Assembly (NCBI GenBank): GCA_965221955.1
Contig: CBDCTA010000029.1
Location: forward strand, 495,852-559,851
Reading direction: 5' to 3'
DNA: 64,000 bases
DNA from: Gammaproteobacteria bacterium
Lineage (GTDB): Bacteria; Pseudomonadota; Gammaproteobacteria; UBA4575
The position numbers and the translations under genes are program-made. Below the pieces are notes generated by a model, which saw only the letters and a program-made list of their open reading frames with translations, searched no databases and was not told the DNA's origin. Below, piece after piece: positions 38,657 to 49,671 of the stretch (its first letter is position 1; every line of letters begins with the position of its first letter).

Positions 38657-40510
38657 ATGAGCAATTCTAATTTCGAAACATTAGTCTCTTTATACCGAAG
38701 ACTTGGGATCGTTGTGTTCGAGCAACGACAAGATAAAAGTTTTTGGTTGATCTCATCGAAACCCGAATGGTTTTCCATGTTAGCTGATTTGAGTAAAGAT
38801 TCTAATCAGGGTCAAGTAAGTGCAATTAAATCTAATGCTCTGAATTCTTTTATTGAAGAAGATGTTCAAAAGATGTGGTCAACTGGGAAAGAGCGAAAAG
38901 TTTCTTCCATTTGGATTGAGGCAGATTCGAGCGAAAATAGTATGCCATTTCAAGCTACGGCTTTGCGCCAAGTAGATAGCATGTTGGTTATTGTTGAACA
39001 TGTACCTAATGCATATGAGGCGAAACAGTCTCAAGCAAAGCAAATGCGTGAAAATGATATATTGAAAGGCTTATTAGAAGATAAAAAAGCAGAACAAGCA
39101 CAAAAAATTGCATCCAGAGAGACCGAGCTTGAACAAGAAATTAGTGAACGTCGCGCCTTAGAGAAACAGTTAACTCATTTAGCCTTTCACGATTCCTTGA
39201 CGGGCTTGCCGAATAGATCCTTGTTTACTGATCGATTGCAAAGAGCGATCGCAGAAGCAGAACGAAAAAAAGAATCAGTGGTGGTAATGTTCGTTGACCT
39301 GGATGATTTCAAAAAAGTGAATGATTCCTTCGGGCATCATGTGGGTGACAAAGTGATTCAGGGTGCTGCTTTGCGTTTAAAGAAATGTTTGCGTGATATT
39401 GACTCCATTGCGCGCTTGGGTGGTGATGAATTTACGTTGTTAGTTCCACATATTGGTGAGCGTGAAGATATTGAAGTAATTGCGAGAAGGTTGATTGAAT
39501 CTTTAGATGAGCCTATTGTTGCCGAGGGCAATGAGTTTCGTATGTCGATCAGTATCGGTATTTCGGTATACCCCAATGACGCGAATAATGAAGACAGCTT
39601 GCTACGTAATGCTGATACTGCAATGTATTTTGCTAAACACACACGTGGGCCTAGTTTTAAATTTTATGAACAGGATATGGGCACATCGCCTTCAAAACGT
39701 TTGGCGTTGGTGTCTGATATTGAGCTCGCTTTACAGCAAAAAGAATTCTTCTTGGTATATCAGCCAATTATTGATGTTAGAAAAATGGAAGTTACAGGTG
39801 CGGAAGCCTTATTGCGTTGGCGCCGTTCTGATGGAGAAATTTTTGAGCCGGATAGATTTATACCCCTTGCATGTGAGTCCGATTTAATTATTAAAATTGG
39901 ATTATGGGTGATTGAACAAAGTTGTACTCAACTTAGAAACTGGCGTGGCATCTATGGTGATAAATTTAGAATGAATATTAATTTATCTGTGCGTGAACTA
40001 GAGTCTAATATATGTAAAGAAAAGTTGCATACGACCATGGATGCATTGAATTTACCTCCAGGGTCTTTAGAGGTTGAAATTACAGACACAGTACCCATCG
40101 AAAATTCGAATATTATGCAAACCAATGTAGAGTTTCTAAAGAGCTTGCATGTTTCTGCTGCAATTGATCGATTTGGAGAACGTCAAACTTCCTTAAAATC
40201 AATTAAAATACTTGGATTGAATGCTATAAAAATTGATCGCTACTTTGTAAATGGCATTGAGTCTGATCAAGATAGCCATGATGTTTTTAATGGTATTGTT
40301 CAATTAAGTTTGAGTTTATCTAAAAATGTTTTAGTTGAAGGCATAGAAACAAAAGAGCAGTTAGATGTCATCCAAAGTATGGATGTAGATGAAGCGCAAG
40401 GCTTTTTCTTTACTCAACCTTTAGAGTCACACTTTTTTGATCAGTGGATGAAAGAGTTTGATAAGAAACAGAAGACCCAGTTAAAAATCGTCAAGCAGAA
40501 GAAAGCTTAA
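38657..40510 (+). CDS. GGDEF-EAL domain protein (diguanylate cyclase/phosphodiesterase) with unknown N-terminal domain
   Basis: 617 aa. Intact GGDEF motif (RLGGDEF). EAL motif reads EALLRW, with downstream DRF and QGF residues. Confidence 0.85.
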   Translation: MSNSNFETLVSLYRRLGIVVFEQRQDKSFWLISSKPEWFSMLADLSKDSNQGQVSAIKSNALNSFIEEDVQKMWSTGKERKVSSIWIEADSSENSMPFQATALRQVDSMLVIVEHVPNAYEAKQSQAKQMRENDILKGLLEDKKAEQAQKIASRETELEQEISERRALEKQLTHLAFHDSLTGLPNRSLFTDRLQRAIAEAERKKESVVVMFVDLDDFKKVNDSFGHHVGDKVIQGAALRLKKCLRDIDSIARLGGDEFTLLVPHIGEREDIEVIARRLIESLDEPIVAEGNEFRMSISIGISVYPNDANNEDSLLRNADTAMYFAKHTRGPSFKFYEQDMGTSPSKRLALVSDIELALQQKEFFLVYQPIIDVRKMEVTGAEALLRWRRSDGEIFEPDRFIPLACESDLIIKIGLWVIEQSCTQLRNWRGIYGDKFRMNINLSVRELESNICKEKLHTTMDALNLPPGSLEVEITDTVPIENSNIMQTNVEFLKSLHVSAAIDRFGERQTSLKSIKILGLNAIKIDRYFVNGIESDQDSHDVFNGIVQLSLSLSKNVLVEGIETKEQLDVIQSMDVDEAQGFFFTQPLESHFFDQWMKEFDKKQKTQLKIVKQKKA

Positions 40511-40521
40511 GTAATAATGAA

Positions 40522-41745
40522 TTATGCCGTTGTGTAACGTTCGGCAACGTATTCTTGAAGGATTGATTTAAATTCTTCTGCAATTTTTTCGCCTTTTAAA
40601 GTAGTAAATTTACTACCATCCACATATACAGGTGCAATAGGCGATTCTCCAGTTCCGGGTAAGCTTATGCCGATATTGGCATGTTTGCTTTCGCCAGGAC
40701 CATTGACTACACAGCCCATCACCGCTACTTTCATTTCTTCAACACCACTATATTGTTGTTTCCAAATTGGCATTTGGTTCTTTAAAAAATTTTCGATATC
40801 AGCAGCTAAGTGTTGGAAATATTCGCTGGTAGTCCGGCCACAACCTGGACATGAGGTGACTTGAGGAGTAAACGAACGTAGCTCCATCATTTGTAATATT
40901 TGCTGTGCGACGATTACTTCTTGGGTGCGGTTGCCGCCCGGTTCTGGTGTGAGTGAAATGCGAATCGTATCGCCGATGCCTTCTTGTAATAAAATTGAAA
41001 GTGCGGCAGTAGAGGCGACAATACCTTTGCTACCCATGCCTGCTTCGGTAAGACCAAGGTGTAGCGCATAATCACATCTTTTGGCTAAATCACGATAGAC
41101 ACGTATCAGCGCTTGTACTTCACTTAACTTGCAAGAAAGAATTATTTTATTGTGGTCTAGACCAATTTTTTCAGCTAAAGCAGCACTTTCTAGTGCTGAG
41201 GCAATAATCGCATCATGCATCACTTCCTGTAGTGTTTTGGGTTGTGTGGATGTAGAGTTTTCATCTAGCATTCTGGCTAATAAGTCTTGATCAAGACTTC
41301 CCCAGTTCACACCTATGCGAACCGGCTTATCATAGTTGCAAGCAATTTCAATAATTTCAGAAAATTGTTTGTCATGTAACTCGCCACGGCCAACATTGCC
41401 AGGGTTAATGCGATATTTGTCTAAAGCTGTTGCGCACTCGGTATATTTAGAAAGTAAACGTCCACCGTTAAAGTGAAAATCACCAACGATAGGTATATCT
41501 ATATTTGCCTTATCAAGTTGTTCGCAAATTTTAGGCAGTGCTTGTGCGGAATCTTTGTTATTCACTGTAACGCGAACGATTTCTGAACCAGCATTTGCCA
41601 AGGCAGTAATTTGTTCTACCGTTTTGTTAACATCAGCTGTATCGGTATTAGTCATGGATTGCACTACAATGGGCGCATGTCCACCTACCATTACATTGCC
41701 CACCTGAACAGCAGTGCTATTACGACGAAAATTCATTGAACTCAT
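40522..41745 (-). CDS. ispG: 4-hydroxy-3-methylbut-2-en-1-yl diphosphate synthase
   Basis: 407 aa with a GcpE sequence (IVVQSMTNT, the C-terminal [15 protein letters not shown] cluster). Confidence 0.9.
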   Translation of the reverse strand: MSSMNFRRNSTAVQVGNVMVGGHAPIVVQSMTNTDTADVNKTVEQITALANAGSEIVRVTVNNKDSAQALPKICEQLDKANIDIPIVGDFHFNGGRLLSKYTECATALDKYRINPGNVGRGELHDKQFSEIIEIACNYDKPVRIGVNWGSLDQDLLARMLDENSTSTQPKTLQEVMHDAIIASALESAALAEKIGLDHNKIILSCKLSEVQALIRVYRDLAKRCDYALHLGLTEAGMGSKGIVASTAALSILLQEGIGDTIRISLTPEPGGNRTQEVIVAQQILQMMELRSFTPQVTSCPGCGRTTSEYFQHLAADIENFLKNQMPIWKQQYSGVEEMKVAVMGCVVNGPGESKHANIGISLPGTGESPIAPVYVDGSKFTTLKGEKIAEEFKSILQEYVAERYTTA

Positions 41746-41868
41746 AGTTCAGTACTACATTAAAGTAGTAATTTATTAAAATGATGCAGAATAGTAACTC
41801 ATTCAGATCCGGTTGCGGGTAGAATCAGATCAATAAGCGTTAAATAACCATATATTTTTTATTAGTAC

Positions 41869-42285
41869 ATGTATTGGCAAGACAAGCTCACTGTGCGGTC
41901 CTCAGGTCGAGGTGCATATGAAGTCACACAGAACATTGAACGGATGATTCGTGACTCAGGAGTGCAACAGGGTTTGTGCCATTTGTTTATTCAGCATACC
42001 AGTGCTTCACTAATTATTAGTGAAAATGCTGATCCCGCTGTGCATAAAGATCTGGAAACATTTATGTCCAAGCTCAGCCCAGATGGAGATCCTATGTTCA
42101 CACATCGTGCAGAGGGTGATGATGATATGCCCGCGCATGTTCGTTCAGTACTGACGCAAACAGAATTAAATGTACCTATTGCTAAAGGTTCTTCTGGTTT
42201 AGGCACTTGGCAGGGGATTTATTTATGGGAGCACCGAACTTCACCTCATCAAAGGCAAATTATTGTTACTATTCACGGACAATAA
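41869..42285 (+). CDS. yjbQ: YjbQ family protein (secondary thiamine-phosphate synthase-like)
   Basis: 138 aa. The HTSASL...DMPAH...GTWQGIYL.E.R motifs are typical of UPF0047/YjbQ. Confidence 0.8.
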   Translation: MYWQDKLTVRSSGRGAYEVTQNIERMIRDSGVQQGLCHLFIQHTSASLIISENADPAVHKDLETFMSKLSPDGDPMFTHRAEGDDDMPAHVRSVLTQTELNVPIAKGSSGLGTWQGIYLWEHRTSPHQRQIIVTIHGQ

Positions 42286-42330
42286 GTTTGGTCGAAACTT
42301 GATCTAAATTTACTAGCTTAAAATTTTATT

Positions 42331-43038
42331 ATGAGTGTATTCGCGGATATACGTTGCGTGACTTTCGATTTGGATGACACCTTGTGGCCATGCAAGCCGA
42401 CTATGATCAATGCAGAGATAGCATTGTATGAATGGTTATCTGAAAATTATTCCAAAATCACTGACCAGTATTCACTGGATGATTTGAGAGAACATCGAAA
42501 AGACTTTGCGCAAAAAAATTTACATTTAGCGCATGATGTAACCTCTCTACGTAGAGAATCATTAGCTGAACTTGCAAATCAATTTCAATATCCACTGCAC
42601 ATGGCAGATAAGGGTTTAGCTCTGTTTAGAAAACATAGAAATCAGATCAATTTTTTTGACGATGCATTGCCCACCATTCGTATTCTTGCAAAACATTTTA
42701 AAATTGGTGCGATTACAAATGGCAATGCAGATTTAGAAGCAATTGGTGTCAGAGAACATTTTGATTATGTAGTGACAGCACAAGAAGCTGGTGTTGCCAA
42801 GCCAGATAAAAAAATATTTGAATATGCGCAAGAAAAAATTAGTTTTTCGAGCCATGAATTAGTGTATGTGGGCGATCACCCGACCATTGATATGTTGGGC
42901 TCAATTCATAGTGGTTGGAGATCACTTTGGTTTAACCCTGATAAGCAATCATGGCCAGAAAGTGAATTACACAAAGATGTTCGACCTGATGCAGAGATAC
43001 AGGCGCTGAGTCAATTGCCAGAATTATTATGTAATTAA
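42331..43038 (+). CDS. HAD-superfamily hydrolase (YigB-like phosphatase)
   Basis: 235 aa. HAD motif I reads VTFDLDDTLW and motif IV reads VGD. Confidence 0.7.
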   Translation: MSVFADIRCVTFDLDDTLWPCKPTMINAEIALYEWLSENYSKITDQYSLDDLREHRKDFAQKNLHLAHDVTSLRRESLAELANQFQYPLHMADKGLALFRKHRNQINFFDDALPTIRILAKHFKIGAITNGNADLEAIGVREHFDYVVTAQEAGVAKPDKKIFEYAQEKISFSSHELVYVGDHPTIDMLGSIHSGWRSLWFNPDKQSWPESELHKDVRPDAEIQALSQLPELLCN

Positions 43039-43063
43039 GAATTTTAAACATAAGGAGAAGGAA

Positions 43064-43399
43064 ATGTCAGAACATGCTCTAGATCTTGAGGAAAGAGTAA
43101 GAAAATTGGAACGGATTATGTTTACTGTGCGTATCGCAATTATCGTACTAGTTGGATTCATGATGTATGACGCATTAGCCCCAGATACCGGTTCAGACAT
43201 CATTTTTGCGGATAAAATCAAATCCAGGCAGTTTGTGTTGCTAGGGTCTGGTGATAAACCAGTTGGTTACTGGGATGTTAAAGATAACCATGGTTTTAAG
43301 ATGTACTCAAAACAGGGCGACCACGTCTTATTAGCGCCAGAGGCACTGACTTTTTATCAAGACAAACTGAATCCAGAAGTAAAATCTAAGTACGACTAG
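43064..43399 (+). CDS. Hypothetical membrane-anchored protein (111 aa)
   Basis: Strong SD (aAGGAGaaggaaATG). One TM helix followed by a soluble domain. Confidence 0.5.
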   Translation: MSEHALDLEERVRKLERIMFTVRIAIIVLVGFMMYDALAPDTGSDIIFADKIKSRQFVLLGSGDKPVGYWDVKDNHGFKMYSKQGDHVLLAPEALTFYQDKLNPEVKSKYD

Positions 43400-43437
43400 T
43401 TCGCCAAATAGTTCAAGTATCGGTTACTTAGATCTTT

Positions 43438-44925
43438 TCAGATCTTTTCGCCGTACTTCTGTTTATGTAATTTTTTAGATTGACTTACCCACTTATCTCG
43501 GTTGATACGATCAGGGAAGCTGCCCAGTGTTTCCGCTAACGCTGTGATGTCATCTTTTGTTAGGCGGCCTAACTGTTCATAGGAGTACACACCAAAGTCA
43601 TTTAGTTTGCCTTCCATTACAGGGCCGATACCTTTTACAACCTGTAAATCATCTTTTACTTTTGCAGCCGCAATTTTTAAGCCTTTTGCGGGTGCCTTTA
43701 ATCCTGCTGCAGGTTTGTTAACTGTTTTTGGTTTAGCTTTTTTTGCAACGGGTTTGGGTCGAGGAGACACCAGCTGAGTTTTAATTTTGTTTTTAAATGC
43801 CTCGATTGTATGTTCATGCTCACGCAACATTGATAAATCAAGCTTGGATGACTGAAGCTCGCTTTCTAAAGTAGACATTTTAGTTTTATATTCCTGTACT
43901 ACTGCAGCGCTTGAAGCTTGCGCGCGACTTTCAGCAGTGCGTAGTTGTTCACGTAAATCATCAATCACTGCGTCTTTTTCTTCACAAGTATCTACAAATA
44001 CACGTTCTTTTTCGCTGGCCTCAAGTTTTACTTCATTGATCTGTTTGTAAGTACGGCCTAAAACTGTATTTTTAGATGTGCCAATTAACCGTACTTTATC
44101 CATGAAACGGTTAAATTTAGTGTCTTGGCCTGGCTGGTCACCTTCTAATGGAGTTAGTTCATGCAAACGGTTACGAAGCTTGCCTAATTCATCCTGATTA
44201 CGTGAATTCTGCTCTGCTAAATCTTTGTTGCGTAACCTCTGCAATTCGTCAATTTCTGCTTGAGATTTATTTTGTAATGCATATAAATCAGCTTTTGCCG
44301 CGCCAAGTTGTTTTTCTAACTCAGGGTTCAAATGCATGCGGTCTTGTTTCCATTTGCTTTGGATTTGGCTGATCATGGCATATAGACTTTTTGTATCATT
44401 CTCTGATGTGGTGACCTTGTCATTTAGGCTTTGTACTTTTTCGATCATCTCATCGAGTCGATATTTATAAGACTCTTGATCCGTTACGTGCTTATTAAGA
44501 CGTTTAATTTTCAGGTTCGCATCAGCATGTAAATCTGAATAATGGCTAGCAAGATTTTCAAAATCATTACGTTCACTTAGTGTTTGTTGATACATGCTTT
44601 GAACTTTTTTAAGCCAAGTTTGATGCGCGGGTAATTGTTTAGCTTTTTCAAGTGAGGTTTGCCAGCGCGATGTCATCAACATTAGATCGCTACTTTGGCG
44701 GTCATATTTGGCTTGTATATCTCCACACTGAGTTTTGTAGGCAACGGTTTGTTCTTTGGAATCTTCTAATTCACGTGTCTGGAGATTAATTTTGTTTTCT
44801 AAATCTTCACGCAATGCATTCATATTACGATTACATGTCCAGCGGCTGACAAGCCATCCAACCAATATTCCTAGTGCTGCGGCACCTAATAGGTAAACGA
44901 GTAACTCATTTAATAAATAGCTCAT
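43438..44925 (-). CDS. Membrane-anchored long coiled-coil protein with C-terminal helix-hairpin-helix-like (DUF4332-like) domain
   Basis: 495 aa. N-terminal TM segment LLVYLLGAAALGILVGWLV. About 380 aa of coiled coil. C-terminal VVKGIGPVMEGKLNDFGVYSYEQL is an HhH-like motif. Confidence 0.5.
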   Translation of the reverse strand: MSYLLNELLVYLLGAAALGILVGWLVSRWTCNRNMNALREDLENKINLQTRELEDSKEQTVAYKTQCGDIQAKYDRQSSDLMLMTSRWQTSLEKAKQLPAHQTWLKKVQSMYQQTLSERNDFENLASHYSDLHADANLKIKRLNKHVTDQESYKYRLDEMIEKVQSLNDKVTTSENDTKSLYAMISQIQSKWKQDRMHLNPELEKQLGAAKADLYALQNKSQAEIDELQRLRNKDLAEQNSRNQDELGKLRNRLHELTPLEGDQPGQDTKFNRFMDKVRLIGTSKNTVLGRTYKQINEVKLEASEKERVFVDTCEEKDAVIDDLREQLRTAESRAQASSAAVVQEYKTKMSTLESELQSSKLDLSMLREHEHTIEAFKNKIKTQLVSPRPKPVAKKAKPKTVNKPAAGLKAPAKGLKIAAAKVKDDLQVVKGIGPVMEGKLNDFGVYSYEQLGRLTKDDITALAETLGSFPDRINRDKWVSQSKKLHKQKYGEKI

Positions 44926-44980
44926 AGTTATGGTCTCTTGTTGCTTGGGTTTAATTCCCGATCTTTATTAACGTTAAAAA

Positions 44981-45763
44981 TTAATTCTTTCGTGATACCG
45001 TGAACTCAATACGTCGGTTCAGGGCTCGCCCTTCGGCTGAATCATTAGCAGCAATCGGTGAAGATTCGCCAAATCCTGTGGCAGTGAGCCGTTCACTTTG
45101 AATGCCATTACTACTTAAGTAATTTAATACTGATTGTGCTCGCTGCTGACTTAGCAGCAGGTTTAACTCATCATCACCAACACTGTCCGTGTGTCCTTCT
45201 ATCGCGACATTAAATTCAAGATGCTTACTTAGCACGCTGACCACATCATCGAGAACTTGTTGACCTTTTGGAGTGATCTCATTGCTATCAAATAAAAAAG
45301 TAATGCCCGAGAGATCTAAGGTTTGTAGTAATTCTTCTACAACTTCTTCTTTCACTGTTTCAATTTCTGGTTCTGATTCTGGTTCAAATTCAGGAAGCGG
45401 TTCTACTTTGGGCGTCATAATAATTTTCGGTTCTGCTGGTACTTGTTCAACCTTAGTCACCACAAGTTGATTGGACACTACTCGAATGCCCGACATGCTT
45501 GCAATAATTTGTTCAATTTCATCGGAACGATTCTGGCTAGTAACCATGCCGGTTAACGTGGCATCACGTCCATCCATATTAACGATTACATTTCCAATTT
45601 GTTTGTCTTTTAATAGCTGATTACTTTTTAAGCTTAGATCGTTTTGAATATATTCAGCTTTGCTGTCTTTAGTAAACCAATACAAAGTGGGGAAGCCAAC
45701 CAAGACAAGAATGAGAGAAAGTAATATGCAAAGGGTACAATTATTTGTACGTTGATCAGTCAT
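44981..45763 (-). CDS. OmpA-family protein with N-terminal TM and BON domain (MotB/OsmY-like)
   Basis: 260 aa. C-terminal OmpA_C reads NVAIEGHTDSVGDDELNLLLSQQRAQSV...NRRIEF. A BON-like segment reads DATLTGMV...SGIRVVSNQLVV. Confidence 0.75.
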   Translation of the reverse strand: MTDQRTNNCTLCILLSLILVLVGFPTLYWFTKDSKAEYIQNDLSLKSNQLLKDKQIGNVIVNMDGRDATLTGMVTSQNRSDEIEQIIASMSGIRVVSNQLVVTKVEQVPAEPKIIMTPKVEPLPEFEPESEPEIETVKEEVVEELLQTLDLSGITFLFDSNEITPKGQQVLDDVVSVLSKHLEFNVAIEGHTDSVGDDELNLLLSQQRAQSVLNYLSSNGIQSERLTATGFGESSPIAANDSAEGRALNRRIEFTVSRKN

Positions 45764-45962
45764 GGTTACTATCTGTTTTTTATCGTTTTATAGACAGAGA
45801 AACTGGCATTTCTCGACTCAAGGTAAGTATTGCTTGAACATCAAAAATTCGCAAACAAATTTGCCAGAATTAAACGAATATTTTTAATAGAAATATAAGC
45901 ACATAAAGCATTATCCCTATAAAACTAAGGGGAATATTCTTGATATGTAAAGGTGAGTGCCT

Positions 45963-46418
45963 TTATCTAAATTCTTCAGGAATACTTTCGTTAAGTTTTT
46001 TAATCAAGCTAACAAACTGCTTGTTTTCAGAACCAGTAAAGTCTGAAAACATTTTTTTATATGCTTGGTCCATCATCTCTATGCCGTGTTGAGCAACTTT
46101 TTCACCCATTGAAGTGAGTTTGATATCTACGACTCTACGGTCCAATTGGTTGTGTGAACGTTCAATACAGCCGCGATCTTCTAGCTGATCCAAGTAACGA
46201 CTCACCGTAGCACGTTCAATCATTAGCTCATCAGCAAGTTTGGCCGGTGTGTAAATGGATTTGGAGGAAATTGCATGAATGAGACGCCATTGATTAAATT
46301 TTAAGCCATAATTGTTGAGCTCTTTGTTGAGAATTTTGCGCGCGAATGAATTCAGCTTATCGGCAAATGAGATCATCATTGGCAAAGCGGAATTATGATG
46401 ACTAGTATCTTCACTCAT
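45963..46418 (-). CDS. MarR family transcriptional regulator
   Basis: 151 aa with a winged-helix MarR pattern (LKFNQWRLIHAI...TPAKLADEL...ATVSRYLDQLEDRGCIER). Confidence 0.75.
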   Translation of the reverse strand: MSEDTSHHNSALPMMISFADKLNSFARKILNKELNNYGLKFNQWRLIHAISSKSIYTPAKLADELMIERATVSRYLDQLEDRGCIERSHNQLDRRVVDIKLTSMGEKVAQHGIEMMDQAYKKMFSDFTGSENKQFVSLIKKLNESIPEEFR

Positions 46419-46617
46419 GGCTGCGTGTATTAATGAATTTGAATCAGTAACTTATTATTAGCTTATTCTCGGTTCTAAGGCACTTATTTAACGGTTAAAA
46501 TTACGATTGTTCACAGTTTTAGTTCTCTACAATTTACGTTTGTTAACTATCAGTTAGAAATTTGTTGATGAATTAGATGTCGACAAAGTTTAATGATAGG
46601 GGGTCGTAGTTTAAAGA

Positions 46618-46694
46618 TGGCGCCCCGAGTAGGAGTCGAACCTACGACCTCTCCCTTAGGAGGGGAGCGCTCTATCCAGCTGAGCTATCGGGGC
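46618..46694 (-). tRNA. tRNA-Arg (anticodon CCT)
   Basis: 77 nt cloverleaf read by hand: GCCCCGA acceptor, anticodon loop CTCCTAA, T-arm GTAGGTTCGACTCCTAC, encoded CCA. Confidence 0.85.
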
Positions 46695-46924
46695 AAGTCA
46701 CATCCGCCGATCTTAGAGGAATGAAATAGTAACATGTGACCGACTATTTGTAGTTTGGTAAGAAATTAAGAAGAGTCGCTTCGCGACGATTAAATTTGTG
46801 TGGAATACCCTCACGCAAGAGATCATTTAAAGCTACAGATTTATGCTATTCACAGATAGTATGTATTTTTATTTGTGTGCCTAGCGGGACAGCTTGATTT
46901 GCGAGTAATACCCACTCGCAAGTG

Positions 46925-47011
46925 TGGTGCCGAGGGAGAGAATCGAACTCTCACTATGTTTCCATAACCGGATTTTGAATCCGGCGCGTCTACCAGTTCC
47001 GCCACCCCGGC
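46925..47011 (-). tRNA. tRNA-Leu (anticodon CAA)
   Basis: 87 nt class II tRNA: GCCGGGG acceptor, anticodon loop TTCAAAA, long variable arm, GTTCGATTC T-loop, encoded CCA. Confidence 0.85.
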
Positions 47012-47098
47012 AAAGTCTGTGCGAAATCGATGTCTAGTGTAGCGCAAATTGCTAAGCTAGCAACAACCTGCCAATAAAAATAAAACAATACTAAATAC

Positions 47099-49260
<2,162 letters not shown>

Positions 49261-49293
49261 TACGCCGCTTCTTATTGAGTCAGTATAAGTAAT

Positions 49294-49620
49294 ATGTTTT
49301 TGATATCAGATGCAATGGCTGAAGGCGGATCAGGGCCTGCAGGTGGTGGAATTGAATTATTTGTCATGATCGGCATTTTCTTTGCCATTATGTATTTCAT
49401 GATTATTCGTCCACAATCTAAGCGCCAAAAAGAACACCAAAAGCTTATTGGCTCACTTTCGAAAGGAGACGAAGTGGAAACAACAGGCGGTATGTTAGGG
49501 AAAATTACCAAAGTGGGAGACAATTCCCTGCAAATTGAAATCTCAGAAGGTGTAACAATCAAGTTACAAAAAAATTCAATCTCGAAAGTGTTGCCAAAAG
49601 GTTCGCTCAAACAAGATTGA
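49294..49620 (+). CDS. yajC: Preprotein translocase subunit YajC
   Basis: 108 aa with a YajC motif (FAIMYFMIIRPQ.KR.KEH..L...L.KGDEV.T.GG..G.I). Confidence 0.85.
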   Translation: MFLISDAMAEGGSGPAGGGIELFVMIGIFFAIMYFMIIRPQSKRQKEHQKLIGSLSKGDEVETTGGMLGKITKVGDNSLQIEISEGVTIKLQKNSISKVLPKGSLKQD

Positions 49621-49671
49621 ATATTTCATCACACAAGTAATTAATCATTTAGTAAGACAAAGTAAATAATT

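Noticed and set aside
46850-47047. 65-aa minus-strand ORF
   Set aside because: It overlaps tRNA-Leu(CAA) exactly and is an artefact of the structured tRNA sequence.
46420-47098. tRNA-Arg/tRNA-Leu locus as a possible genomic-island integration site
   Set aside because: No integrase, direct repeats of the tRNA 3' ends, or foreign cargo between the tRNAs and queA. The tRNAs simply sit upstream of the conserved queA-tgt-yajC-secDF cluster.
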